Origin: a virus
Lineage: Duplodnaviria > Caudoviricetes
Virus record (IMG/VR): IMGVR_UViG_3300022862_000008
Location: 1 to 44,426 of that record
Strand: one strand, 5' to 3'
DNA: 44,426 bases
Below, piece after piece: positions 15,702 to 25,309 of the stretch (positions are counted from its first letter, which is position 1; every line of letters begins with the position of its first letter). The position numbers were made by a program, and so were the translations under genes. The notes below the pieces were generated by a model. The model saw only the letters and a program-made list of their open reading frames with translations. It had not been told where the DNA came from and ran no database searches.

Positions 15702-17891
15702 TCAGACACCACCCCACGGCAGGAAGCCTGCGGGGCGGTACATCTGTTGAGGCCCCTCTACAATCAGCCGCATTTGCTGCGACAGACCACTGTCGTTGTT
15801 GGACGAATAGAACACTGGGAAAAGCGCGCCAGGTGGAACCGTTGAAGCGAGTCCGCCAGGTGTGTTCTCAGGGGAGTTGTTGAATTTCCATACCCCGTTG
15901 ATGGAGATCCACGCTGTGTGGGCATCAATATCGACAGCAATACCTACCCGTGCACCAAGTGACGGCGCTGGCGCCGCCGAACTGTTGGTTCCGCCGACGT
16001 TGTACTGATTTGTCTGCATGCAACCGACCGTACGGAGGGCTTGGGAGGTAGGATTTGCGGTCAGATCCCCTTCCGCAGTAATCAGCCCGACATATCCGAT
16101 GAAACCTGAGGTGTAACGAGTCCATTCGTATTCGACGTAGTACCGCCCCGTGTTGCGCGACTGGACACCACGCACGCCGCCAAATCCACCGAGCGTGGTC
16201 GGGATGACGACCTCGGCGATCCGGTCATCATCCGAAAGAACGACGCTAGAAGCCCTATCAGCTGCATTCCAGTGCTGAAGGCCGCGAATCTTCAAGGCAA
16301 AGTTCCTGACTGCGGAGACACCGCGCGCATCAGTCACCCGCAGAGTGATTGGTCCATTAAATGACTCCAGAGGGATGCCCTGAAGCACGCCAGAAGCGCT
16401 GATTCCGAGCCCGGCCGGCAGGCTACCGCCCACCTCATCAGCAGTGAATGCGGGGAAGTCGCCCGTCATGACGAACTGATACGAATAGGCGACGCCCATC
16501 TGCCCTTCAGGCGGCTCACCCGTGATATCCGGCGGGGGGAGCGGCGGCGGCGGCGCGGTGCTGGCGATGCCGAACCAGTACTGGCCCTTTGCGGGGTAGA
16601 ACAGCCCCAGGGAGGTCTTGTTGATGTCGGACAGTGACCTGATCAGCGGCTCAATCAGCGGATCGATGGGCACACCAACGTCGCCGGCCTGGTAGTTGGT
16701 CGAGCTGGCCGCAATGCCGATGGACCGGATGCCCTGGGATGAGCCGAAGAACAGGTCATTGGAGACCGGGGCTATGGATCGATGCTGGGTACTGCCCAGC
16801 GGCAGCGCGTCCACAAGCGCCATGCTGGCCGGGTCTTCGTCCACCTGCCAGAGCTGGAAGGCTTCGGAGTTGAACACCACCAGGTTGCCGCGGTACAGCC
16901 CCATCGCAGCGACCGGGTTGGACCCATAGTTCTGCAGACCCGTCGGCAGGTAACCGGCGTCATCAGGGCTCGTCCAGTCCAGCGGGTTGACTGTGGCGCT
17001 GTAACGCACGATGTCGTCGTCGCCGGCGAAGACCTTGCTGGCTGCGATGGCCACGATCTTGGTGTTCGGGCAGTTGGGATCCTCCACGCGGCGGGAGACC
17101 GTCTTCCAGTTGATCGTCCCATCTCGCACGAACCCGCCGATCTCGGTCGGCCAGGTGGGCTCCGTGGTGCCGCTGACATACAGCGGGGACGCCTCCCAGG
17201 TCACGCGGGTGGACGCGACCGCCTCCCAGATCACGTCGTTGTCGATGACCTGCTGCCCAAGGATCGGCGGCCACGCCGGCTCGTCGTTGGCCGAGAAGCC
17301 GGATTCATCCTGCACGGCCTTGTAGACCAGCCCGTCGGGCAGCCCTGCAAAGGTGCCTGCGACGGACAGGTTGTCGCCGAAAATGTGGTGCGTGTGGTCG
17401 GCCACGGAGAACAGCGCGATGCCCGCGCGCGCGTAAGCGGCACCGGCCGGACGGGTCGCGGTTACCTTCGACTGATGCCACGCGCCGCGGCTGCCATCGC
17501 TGACCACGTTGCCGCGCTCGGCCGAAATCTGCAGGTCACTGTTGTCGTACCAGCGGACCTCCACCCAGCCCCTGGTCGCACCGGCGATGGATGCGCCCTG
17601 CTGGATCATGGCGCTGGCTTCGAACGTGCTGCCGGTGCTGGGAACTACCAGCTTCGTCTTGTTGAGCGCCAGGCCGTCGGATACAGACCCGGGCATGCGC
17701 ACGCAGGCGCCGTTGCCGCTGTAGCCACCGGTGGTGACGAACTCAGCGCCGCCGGTGAAGTCCCAGTTGACGTTGCCGGCGGAGAAATCGCCGTTCTCCA
17801 CCTGCGCAGCGGTTGCCGCGGGAGCGGTAATGGGCTGGACGATGTCGCCGGGCTGGTAGAGCGTGCCTGGCTGCCAAAGAGGAACGGCCAT
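15702..17891 (-). CDS. Tail nozzle central part fused to carbohydrate-binding-like, Ig-like and SPRY-like domains
   Basis: ENGDF..G..NW jelly-roll start, EP.WP repeats, propeller-like VRYSATVNPLDW, poly-Pro linker, LPAGLGISASG Ig motif, TGRYYVEY...VGIAVDID SPRY motif. Confidence 0.7.
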   Translation of the reverse strand: MAVPLWQPGTLYQPGDIVQPITAPAATAAQVENGDFSAGNVNWDFTGGAEFVTTGGYSGNGACVRMPGSVSDGLALNKTKLVVPSTGSTFEASAMIQQGASIAGATRGWVEVRWYDNSDLQISAERGNVVSDGSRGAWHQSKVTATRPAGAAYARAGIALFSVADHTHHIFGDNLSVAGTFAGLPDGLVYKAVQDESGFSANDEPAWPPILGQQVIDNDVIWEAVASTRVTWEASPLYVSGTTEPTWPTEIGGFVRDGTINWKTVSRRVEDPNCPNTKIVAIAASKVFAGDDDIVRYSATVNPLDWTSPDDAGYLPTGLQNYGSNPVAAMGLYRGNLVVFNSEAFQLWQVDEDPASMALVDALPLGSTQHRSIAPVSNDLFFGSSQGIRSIGIAASSTNYQAGDVGVPIDPLIEPLIRSLSDINKTSLGLFYPAKGQYWFGIASTAPPPPLPPPDITGEPPEGQMGVAYSYQFVMTGDFPAFTADEVGGSLPAGLGISASGVLQGIPLESFNGPITLRVTDARGVSAVRNFALKIRGLQHWNAADRASSVVLSDDDRIAEVVIPTTLGGFGGVRGVQSRNTGRYYVEYEWTRYTSGFIGYVGLITAEGDLTANPTSQALRTVGCMQTNQYNVGGTNSSAAPAPSLGARVGIAVDIDAHTAWISINGVWKFNNSPENTPGGLASTVPPGALFPVFYSSNNDSGLSQQMRLIVEGPQQMYRPAGFLPWGGV

Positions 17892-18637
17892 CAGCTTCTC
17901 CCCGATCCGTAGCGGTCCTTGACGCTGGGCGGCACCGAGGGCGTGGTCGTGGTGTTCGCATCAAGCGCGTTCTGGATGTTGGCGTCCTCGAAGACGGTTT
18001 CGCCGGCGTTGGTCGGCCATGCCGGCTCTGTCGTTCCCGAGCGCGCGGAGCTGCCGGTGGTCTCGATGACCGTGTACTTGTAGCCGTTGTCGGTGGTCGG
18101 CACGACGACATCACCCACAGCGCGGCCGACGTTCGGCGCCCAGGGCAGGTATGCCGAGGTGTCGCCCTCCAGCCGGTAGGCCAGCCCGTTGCCGTTGGTG
18201 GGGCGGATGAGCGTGCCGGGGAAATAGGTCTTCCCGGGCTGCCAGATCTCGCCCTTCTCGAGCCAGTAATGGAACACGTCGCCGCCTTCGAACTCAGCGA
18301 CCACGTACAGGAAGCCGAGGAACGGCATGGCGAAGTGGATCTGCTTGATAGACGCACCGGGCTTGTCGGGATGGCGGATCACCTCGATCTCGACCTCGGG
18401 GGAAGTCGATGCGATCACCACGTTGGCGAACACGACGAATTTGCCCTGGAAGAAAACCAGCCCCTTGGTGCCTTCGGGGAGAGCGTGCGCGATCCGTGTG
18501 CCCGGGCGGCACTTGATGGTGCGCGCCGCGGTGACGTAGCCGTTGACCAGGTCGTAGACCGAGTCCTGCGACGCCCCACCCTTGTTGCGCAGCCGGGTGA
18601 TACCGGCCTTCACCGTGGAGAGAGACACCTGCCTCAT
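17891..18637 (-). CDS. Tail nozzle N-terminal-like part with W-x-P repeats
   Basis: N-terminal LVNGYVTAARTIKCRPGT; repeated WQPGKTY...PTNGNG / WAPN...PTTDNG...EPAWPT modules. Confidence 0.65.
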   Translation of the reverse strand: MRQVSLSTVKAGITRLRNKGGASQDSVYDLVNGYVTAARTIKCRPGTRIAHALPEGTKGLVFFQGKFVVFANVVIASTSPEVEIEVIRHPDKPGASIKQIHFAMPFLGFLYVVAEFEGGDVFHYWLEKGEIWQPGKTYFPGTLIRPTNGNGLAYRLEGDTSAYLPWAPNVGRAVGDVVVPTTDNGYKYTVIETTGSSARSGTTEPAWPTNAGETVFEDANIQNALDANTTTTPSVPPSVKDRYGSGRS

Positions 18638-19371
18638 GGCGAGTCCTCCGGCCAGCCGCCGACGGGGATCGGGCGTACAACGTTGCGCGGGTCAGACGTG
18701 CCCGGGATGTAGCGCCGCGTGTTGTGGTCGCCACGGACCAGGTCGCGGACGTAGGACGACAGCTGCGATGCGTAGTTGCCAGCGTCGGGCTGGCCGTAGT
18801 GCGCCTTGGCGTTGGCCAGAGCCAGCAGGAACAGCGCCTCCGGGTCGACCGTGGTGAAGTCGCCGTCGGCGGCCAGCGGCATCAGGCCGAATTGGCCCTT
18901 GATGCGCAGCTGCCAGGTGGCATCCACCGGTGCCGGCCAAAGCTCGATGCACTGCCGGACCTCGTAGTGGCTCGGGATGCCCGGGCCGCGCGAGGTGTAC
19001 ATGACCGGATCGATGCCGCTGTACAGCGGGCGCCAGTTGCCATCGCCCTGCGACAGGCCGACCCAGCTGATCATGCGCGGATCCAGCCGCTTCGTGCACT
19101 CATCCGCGTTCGCGTCGAGGTCGTAGAAGCGCGTGCCGGCCACGAGGTTCCAGGTATAGAACCGCTCGCGTCGGAGAACCGAGTAGCGCCGGAACAGCAG
19201 CTCCTGCGCACTGGTGATGAAGTCGTTGAGCAGGTCGGCCATGCCCGGGGGCGGGTTGTTGGCCTGCGCGGCAAAACCCAGGCGACGCAGCAGACGCTTC
19301 CGCATCTCGGCCAGCGTGGTCCGGGGATAGTCGTCGTCGCACTCGCAGTTGTAGCTGATGGGATCTGCCAT
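18634..19371 (-). CDS. Head-tail adaptor (tail tubular A-like)
   Basis: TLAEMRKRL...LNDFITSAQ helix, GIPSHY...IELWPAP motif; position after the capsid genes. Confidence 0.7.
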   Translation of the reverse strand: MADPISYNCECDDDYPRTTLAEMRKRLLRRLGFAAQANNPPPGMADLLNDFITSAQELLFRRYSVLRRERFYTWNLVAGTRFYDLDANADECTKRLDPRMISWVGLSQGDGNWRPLYSGIDPVMYTSRGPGIPSHYEVRQCIELWPAPVDATWQLRIKGQFGLMPLAADGDFTTVDPEALFLLALANAKAHYGQPDAGNYASQLSSYVRDLVRGDHNTRRYIPGTSDPRNVVRPIPVGGWPEDSP

Positions 19372-19384
19372 TGTCGTTCCCGAT

Positions 19385-19419
19385 GAAAAGACGGCCGACC
19401 AGGTCACCCCGGCCGGCCG
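19385..19419 (-). terminator. Terminator after the head genes
   Basis: Minus strand CGGCCGGCCGG-GGTGA-CCTGGTCGGCCG-TCTTTT, imperfect stem with a short T-tract. Confidence 0.55.
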
Positions 19420-19442
19420 CCACCCTCGCCGCCAGCGGGGGA

Positions 19443-19961
19443 TTACTGGTTGGCTGCGCGCGCGGTGCGCTCTGCCTCGATGGCGCCATGGACGCCCTTG
19501 CGCGGCTTCTCGCGAGCAGCCTCTTCGGCCTCCAACGCGTTCAGCTCGTCATCGGACAGGCTGGCCAGGCCGGCAGTGATGTCATCGACCGTGCCGTCCA
19601 GCAGGCTCGGCTGATCTTCCGCCGGGGCCTTGCTCGCCTTCTTGCCGGCCTTCTTGCCTTCGTCGCCGGCCTTGATGCCCAGGCGCTTCTCCAGGTCACG
19701 CAGCTTCGGGAACAGCACCTTGCGGGCGCGGTCGCCTTCGGCCGTCGACTGGTACTTGGATACCAGGCCATCGAAGGCCTTCTGCACGTCGAAGTCCTCG
19801 ACTTCCACTTCGCGCGAGCTGTGTTCGAAAACCAGCTCCTCGCCGTAGATCTCTTCCAGGATCGACTGTTCGTAGTCCGGCACTTCGACCGGGATCTTCG
19901 TGCTGGCGTCGCGATCGATCAGCAGCAGCACGAACGTCAGGGTGGTCAGGGACTTGGCCAT
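19443..19961 (-). CDS. Hypothetical head-region protein
   Basis: Acidic 172-aa ORF with C-terminal TVDDI...L...E....KPRKG motif; coupled to neighbour. Confidence 0.7.
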   Translation of the reverse strand: MAKSLTTLTFVLLLIDRDASTKIPVEVPDYEQSILEEIYGEELVFEHSSREVEVEDFDVQKAFDGLVSKYQSTAEGDRARKVLFPKLRDLEKRLGIKAGDEGKKAGKKASKAPAEDQPSLLDGTVDDITAGLASLSDDELNALEAEEAAREKPRKGVHGAIEAERTARAANQ

Positions 19962-20284
19962 TACTGGACTCCTTCGAGCGTCAGCTCGGTGGCCGCCGCC
20001 GGCGCGGTGGTGACGTTGGCGCGGATGTAGTTGGGCAGGTCGGGGATCTCCACCGGGAAGGTGGTCGCCGAGGTGAGGGTCATCAGCGTGGTGAAGGTGC
20101 CAGCCACGCCGGCCGCGGTCTTCGGCGCGCCCTGCAGCTGCACCACGCCGGTGCCGAGGCCGCCGGCCGGGCCGAACAGCAGGCCTTCGCGGCCTTCGCC
20201 GCCCAGGAGCGGGGTGACGTCCAGAGCCACGACAGCGCCTGCGCTGACGGTTGCCGGGACCACGATCTTCTTGATGTTGGGCAT
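19961..20284 (-). CDS. Putative capsid decoration protein
   Basis: 107-aa beta-rich protein directly after the major capsid gene. Confidence 0.55.
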   Translation of the reverse strand: MPNIKKIVVPATVSAGAVVALDVTPLLGGEGREGLLFGPAGGLGTGVVQLQGAPKTAAGVAGTFTTLMTLTSATTFPVEIPDLPNYIRANVTTAPAAATELTLEGVQ

Positions 20285-20330
20285 TTCAGGTCTCCCGCCG
20301 GCGAGGGGCTGCCCCGCCGGCTGATAGGGG

Positions 20331-21392
20331 TCAGGCGATCGAGAAGACCGCGTTGCTGTTGCGCTTCTTCGTGGTCAGGCCGTAATCGGCCGTCTGCCCG
20401 AAGTAGTGCGTGTAGCGGTCGTAGACGCGCGGCGGGGTGCGCTTGATCATCCAGCGGCCCTGGACCGGACGCAGTGTCAGGGTCTTGCTGTTGAGGAAGT
20501 AGCCGCGCTTGGTCCACGGGTAAGTGATCGCACCCAGGCGGGCGTCGATGACCTCGAAGGACGGATCCCACACGACCGGCACGCCCTTGAACGACAGCGC
20601 CTTGGTGGACGGGTCCAGGGTGATACCGCCAGTGGCGTTGGCACCGATGGTGATCTGACGCGACATCACCTTCAGCGCATCAGCCTGGATGGCGTCGTAC
20701 ATCGCCGCGCCCACGAAGATGGCGTTGGGCTGGCCCATCTTTCCGTAGGTGATGGTCTGGCGCCACAGGGTCTCCATGTGGCTGATCAGGTTGCCGGCGG
20801 TGGCCGTGCTGATCCCCATGTCGGCGAAATTGCGCCAGTACGGCGAGGTGGCCGCATCGATGCCGCCGATGACACCCACGTTCGGGGTGGTGCTGACCAG
20901 CGCGTCCAGGCCCGGAACGGCCTTCGGGTTGGTCGAGCCGTCCAGATGCACTTCGATGTCCCAGTTTTCCTGGAAGCCATCCTTCAGCGTCGACCAGTTC
21001 TCGTCGAGCAGGTTGACGATCTGGATCTTCTCGGCGTCCGACATGACGGCGTTCTTGTCGTCGGTCAGGATGATGCCGTTGTTGGCCAGCTCGGTCTCGT
21101 TCAGCGTGAAGCCGTCGTGCGCTTCGTAGTGCTGGAACGGGGCCTTCCGGACGGTGTCCTTCCGGTTGTAGGTGACCTGGTCGTCGCCGGTGTAGTTCTG
21201 GTAGTTCGAGTCGTTCGAGATGCGCACCTTCTCGTTGAAGATGCCGTTGCCGAAGGTCGAGTCCTTCTTGTTGGCGATCAGCCAGGACGCGAACGGGCGC
21301 TCGGTGGAGAACTGGTCGATGGGGTCGTTTGCCGCGTACGACTCCATCTGACGGTTGGCACCAGCCAGCAGCTGGGCAGTGGTCAAGGGCAT
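20331..21392 (-). CDS. Major capsid protein
   Basis: 353 aa after portal and scaffold; strongly biased codon use; LSFKGVPVVWD...YFLNSKTL motifs. Confidence 0.88.
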   Translation of the reverse strand: MPLTTAQLLAGANRQMESYAANDPIDQFSTERPFASWLIANKKDSTFGNGIFNEKVRISNDSNYQNYTGDDQVTYNRKDTVRKAPFQHYEAHDGFTLNETELANNGIILTDDKNAVMSDAEKIQIVNLLDENWSTLKDGFQENWDIEVHLDGSTNPKAVPGLDALVSTTPNVGVIGGIDAATSPYWRNFADMGISTATAGNLISHMETLWRQTITYGKMGQPNAIFVGAAMYDAIQADALKVMSRQITIGANATGGITLDPSTKALSFKGVPVVWDPSFEVIDARLGAITYPWTKRGYFLNSKTLTLRPVQGRWMIKRTPPRVYDRYTHYFGQTADYGLTTKKRNSNAVFSIA

Positions 21393-21535
21393 GGTTGTAG
21401 CCTCGAAGGGAAAGAGAGGAGGCCCGTGGGGCCTTTGGTCTTTCCGCGCTCGAGGAGTGCGAACCCTCTTTCAGCACTACCGGTGGCGAACCCGGCTTAC
21501 GTCACACGCGGTGTCGGCATCTGCCGATGGGGGCG

Positions 21536-21593
21536 ACTATGCGTCAGGGGTCGGGACTGTCAACGGACATGAAAAACCCCGCCGGAGCGGGGT
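21536..21593 (-). promoter_or_regulatory. Terminator followed by the capsid promoter
   Basis: ACCCCGC-TCCG-GCGGGGT-TTTT, then TCCG-TTGACA-N16-CATAGT. Confidence 0.7.
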
Positions 21594-21619
21594 CGTGGTC
21601 GCGTCGATTGGGTGGTCGG

Positions 21620-21937
21620 TCAGACCGTGCTGCGGTTGTTGAGGCTGCGCAGGTCCAGAAGCATCGAGCGGACCAGCTGCGTCTGGCCGACAATGGCCTG
21701 AGCGAGCGGCGAGCGCATCGGCTCCGGTTCGCCGGGCGAAGCACAGCCTTCGGGACCGTCCGGGAGCAGGACCGCGCGGAAGCACTGGCGTGCACGGATC
21801 AGCTCTTCGGAGAGCTCGGTGAGGAGATTGGCATGCTGCGCCAGGACCTCATCCACCTGCGATACGAATTGATCCGGCGCACGCGGGTCACAAGCGGTAA
21901 TGGCAGTGGCGTCGTACTGACGCAGTCGATCGTTCAT
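21620..21937 (-). CDS. Hypothetical moron-like protein (105 aa)
   Basis: GGAG RBS; has its own promoter motif and terminator. Confidence 0.6.
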   Translation of the reverse strand: MNDRLRQYDATAITACDPRAPDQFVSQVDEVLAQHANLLTELSEELIRARQCFRAVLLPDGPEGCASPGEPEPMRSPLAQAIVGQTQLVRSMLLDLRSLNNRSTV

Positions 21938-21978
21938 AGCTGGCGGCTCCGTTGGTGGGTATTGCGGGAAGAGCTGCC

Positions 21979-22039
21979 AGAATCCCAGCCTCCCGCCCAT
22001 GTGCAACGGACACAAAAAAGCCCCGGACGTGCCGGGGCT
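21979..22039 (-). promoter_or_regulatory. Terminator after the scaffold gene followed by a promoter motif
   Basis: AGCCCCGG-CACGT-CCGGGGCT-TTTTT, then TCCG-TTGCAC-N16-GATTCT. Confidence 0.65.
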
Positions 22040-22153
22040 GGTATCAAGTTGCTGTAAAGACGGGTGGCCGCTTTATAGATCAGCCCCACATCCCGTAGCG
22101 AACGATCAGGATGGCGTGGATCTGCCGAACCAGCTTCGACGGCACGGGCCAGC

Positions 22154-23245
22154 TCATCGACCCTGCGCCTGTGCTTCCGCCACGCCGAAGGAGAAGGCGT
22201 CAGCCGGGTTCTTGGGGGTGGCCGGCACTGCCGGGGCGGCGCTGGCGCGAGCCGGGTTGTTCGGGCGCGTCGCAACCGCCGGTGCTGCAGCAGGGATCGG
22301 CGGCAGGCGCTGGTAAGCCTGCTGGATGGCAGCGGCCCACTGTGCCGGCGGCATGGTTGCCTGGATGATCTCGACCGTCGGCGCGAGGTAGGCGAACTTC
22401 TGCTGGAACTGCGGATCAGCAGTGCGCAGCTGGGCGCCAAGGTCGGCGACCGCCTGCAGGCCCTTATCCTCTTCCTGCTTGGACTGGCTGACGCGCTGCT
22501 GGTTCTGCTGCTGCTCGGTCTGCAGCACGCCCCGCTGGCGGTGCTGGACCAGCTCGACGGCTGCGGCCCGGTCCATATCGCCGGTCTTCACCTTCTCTGC
22601 CAGGTCCGGATGGGCGGCCAGCGGGTCGAAGCCCGGCGCTTCACGGCCCAGCTTCTCGCCCAGGAACTTCAGCTCGGCTTCCATCGTCTCGTAGGCGCGG
22701 TTCATGCGCACCGGATCGCCGGAGTTGATGTCGGTCAGGTACAGCAGCGTGGCGCCGAACTGCTGCGGCGTGGTGCCGGTGGACTGGATGGTCTGCTCCC
22801 AGTCGGTCACCTTGCCAGCACGTTCGCGGAGCGAGTCGGCCTCGCTGGCGCGCTCGGAGAGATCACGAAAGCGCTTCTGCGTGCGCTCGTTGGTGATGCC
22901 CAGTTCCTTGATCTCGTCATCGACGGACTTCGGTGCATCGGGCTGGGCAGGTGCCGCGGGCGCGGCCGGCGCGGCGTTCGGGTCAGCGGCAGCAGCTGCG
23001 GGAGGCTGGTCGCCCTCCCCTTCCACCGGTGCTGACGGTGTAGCCGGATCGGCCACAGCAGCAGGATCAGCCGGAGGCACCACAACGGGCGGCGCTTCGG
23101 CCGTCTCGGCGGCGCGGGCTTCCTCTACGCCAGCGGTGAAGGCATCCAGTTGCTCGGTCGCAGGCGCTTCCACCTGCTCGGTGACGGTCTGGTCGGTGTC
23201 GGGCGCAGGCGCGGCGCCCTGCAGGGTTTCGTTGATGTCAGGCAT
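22154..23245 (-). CDS. Scaffolding protein
   Basis: Acidic, Pro/Ala-rich N-terminus, TQKRFRDL coiled coil; between portal and capsid. Confidence 0.78.
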   Translation of the reverse strand: MPDINETLQGAAPAPDTDQTVTEQVEAPATEQLDAFTAGVEEARAAETAEAPPVVVPPADPAAVADPATPSAPVEGEGDQPPAAAAADPNAAPAAPAAPAQPDAPKSVDDEIKELGITNERTQKRFRDLSERASEADSLRERAGKVTDWEQTIQSTGTTPQQFGATLLYLTDINSGDPVRMNRAYETMEAELKFLGEKLGREAPGFDPLAAHPDLAEKVKTGDMDRAAAVELVQHRQRGVLQTEQQQNQQRVSQSKQEEDKGLQAVADLGAQLRTADPQFQQKFAYLAPTVEIIQATMPPAQWAAAIQQAYQRLPPIPAAAPAVATRPNNPARASAAPAVPATPKNPADAFSFGVAEAQAQGR

Positions 23246-23257
23246 GGTGGTCCTCGT

Positions 23258-25309
23258 TTAGGCGGCGGGGAGCTCGGGTTCAGGCGGCAGCATTTCGGGG
23301 GGCAGCTGCATGCCGGGGTCTTGCATCGCCATGGCGGCGGGATCGTTCGCCGCGGGCAGCGGCAGGCCATCAGGGCCAGGTGCGCCGGGCATGCCGGGCA
23401 CCATCGGCAGCTGCGGAGGCAGCTGCGGGATGATCGAGTACGGGTCGATGCTGGTGTCGCCGGTGCGCTTGATGGTCTCCACCACCAGCTGCTCCAGCTT
23501 GTCGGCGATGTCCTGCGGCGTGGAGCCGCGCAACTGGCCGATCTGCATCACGGACTGCTGCAGCTGCGGCAGAAGCACAGACCACTGCTGCTGCTTCACG
23601 GCGGTGGCCGGCTTGCCCGACGACCCGGCGCGGATATCGACGGTGACCAGCGCCTCGATGAGCGAGACCTGGTCGGTGTTGATCCAGAAGGCCTCCGGGC
23701 CGGCGATGTTCACCACATCGTCCTGGGTGAGTCCGTTGGGCGACATGGCCAGCTCTGCGGTGTACTGGGCAAAGTCGCTGAGCACCTCGTCCAGGGTGTC
23801 GCGGGCGTAGCCGATGCGCGACTCCGTGCCCTGCTGCTGGATGTCCGCCTCGGTGGCGGTCTTGGCCACGGTGATCGTGGACGACAGCGCCTCCTGGATG
23901 CCCCAGATCAGCTCCAGCTCGGAGCGGATGGTGGACGTGTCGTAGAGCGCCGGGTCGATCTGGTTGTACTGGATCGGGAACACCACCGCGTTCGGTGAGA
24001 CCCCGTTGAGGTTGAGCGGGATCATTTCCCCGATGCCGCCACCCTTCATCTTCTCAGCTTCCGCCGGCTCGACCGCGCCAGCATCGAAGCCCAGCTTCGG
24101 GATCGAGCGGCGGCGATGCTCGCGGTAGTTGGTGCGGATCCGGTCGTACTCGTCCAGCAACTCGCGGGAGCGGTCCACCAGCGACTGTGGGTGCCGGCGG
24201 CCATCGACCCACAGCGGCGCCCACTGGAAGAACGGGTAGAAGCGACTGGACGCCTGATCCGGCGTCACCCACGCGCGCAGGTAGCGCTTCAGCCCGACCG
24301 CGATGGTGGCGAACTGCCCGGTCTTCAGGTTCCAGATCTCCCACAGGCACACGCAGGCCTCATCGCCACTGGCCGTGGCCTGGCCGGCGCTGCCCGTCGA
24401 GTAGGCGTCCGCGTCGCTGTCGGTGATCTTGCCGGCGTCCTTCTCGGTGTCGGTCGGGCGGACGTTGTAGAACTTGGTGGCGCTGCCCAGCCGCTCGGCG
24501 TGCTCGGGGTACGCGGCCTTGGCATCGGCCAGCGGCATGAAGATGCGCTGGGCGTTCCACGGGCTGTTCACGTAGTCGCGCAGGCACGGTAGGGACACGG
24601 CGCACTGCATGTCCTCGGCGCGAACGAAGTCCAGCACGAGGGCACTGGAGATCACCGTCTCCACGCCCTGCTCCAGGCTGGCCATCTGCTGCTCGTAGAT
24701 GGCGCGCAGCTCGTCCGGGTTCGGGGCATCGCCTTCGGCCAGCTGGCGCTCGGTGTCCCCAAGCGAGGCGATCTGGGCGCGCAGCGTACCGATCTGCTGG
24801 TCGGTGGCCGGGTCGCGGTCGGTCTCGCGGTGCCAAGCAGCCTTGAACCAGCCAACGCCCACGCTCAGGCCCGAGCGCACGAAGGGATCGGCCACCGCCT
24901 TCAGCCGGCCCTTCTTCCACAGCGAGTCGATGACGATCTCGAGCGTGCGCGACAGCATCTTCGCGTCTTCGGTGCGGCTGGACCCGGCACTGTCGGCTGG
25001 CTGGACGCTGGTCTCCGGGTTCCGTGCGTACAGGAAGCCCGTCAGGATGTTCACGTAGGTGGCAGCGATCGGCACCGAAACGTCGAAGACCTGGGGGTCC
25101 GAAGAGCCGCGGCAGTAGCGCCGGTCCCGCGCGTAGCCCTTGCGGGCATCCTTGTCGAACTCACGGGCGAACTCGATCCGCTTGTGCCAGGCGGCTACGT
25201 CAGCCTCTTCCTGCAGGATGCGCTCGGCCTCGGCCGCCCGCTCCTGCTCGGCCATCGCGTCAGCGTCCAGCGCATCGGCGAAGGCGAATTCATTGGTCTC
25301 GGGCGTCAC
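23258..25309 (-). CDS. Portal protein
   Basis: 683 aa after terL; VGVGWFK, FYPFF and KTATEA motifs of P22-like portals. Confidence 0.88.
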   Translation of the reverse strand: MTPETNEFAFADALDADAMAEQERAAEAERILQEEADVAAWHKRIEFAREFDKDARKGYARDRRYCRGSSDPQVFDVSVPIAATYVNILTGFLYARNPETSVQPADSAGSSRTEDAKMLSRTLEIVIDSLWKKGRLKAVADPFVRSGLSVGVGWFKAAWHRETDRDPATDQQIGTLRAQIASLGDTERQLAEGDAPNPDELRAIYEQQMASLEQGVETVISSALVLDFVRAEDMQCAVSLPCLRDYVNSPWNAQRIFMPLADAKAAYPEHAERLGSATKFYNVRPTDTEKDAGKITDSDADAYSTGSAGQATASGDEACVCLWEIWNLKTGQFATIAVGLKRYLRAWVTPDQASSRFYPFFQWAPLWVDGRRHPQSLVDRSRELLDEYDRIRTNYREHRRRSIPKLGFDAGAVEPAEAEKMKGGGIGEMIPLNLNGVSPNAVVFPIQYNQIDPALYDTSTIRSELELIWGIQEALSSTITVAKTATEADIQQQGTESRIGYARDTLDEVLSDFAQYTAELAMSPNGLTQDDVVNIAGPEAFWINTDQVSLIEALVTVDIRAGSSGKPATAVKQQQWSVLLPQLQQSVMQIGQLRGSTPQDIADKLEQLVVETIKRTGDTSIDPYSIIPQLPPQLPMVPGMPGAPGPDGLPLPAANDPAAMAMQDPGMQLPPEMLPPEPELPAA

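Noticed and set aside
841-18637. Third DGR variable region in tail or fibre genes
   Set aside because: No copy of the TR flanks (GCCTGGTCTTCGGCG / GCCGTGCGTCGTGCCGGT) seen by manual scan; a BLASTn of TR against the window would confirm
22080-22157. 25-aa ORF MSWPVPSKLVRQIHAILIVRYGMWG coupled to the scaffold stop
   Set aside because: The ATGA overlap is suggestive but the ORF is too short to support without homology
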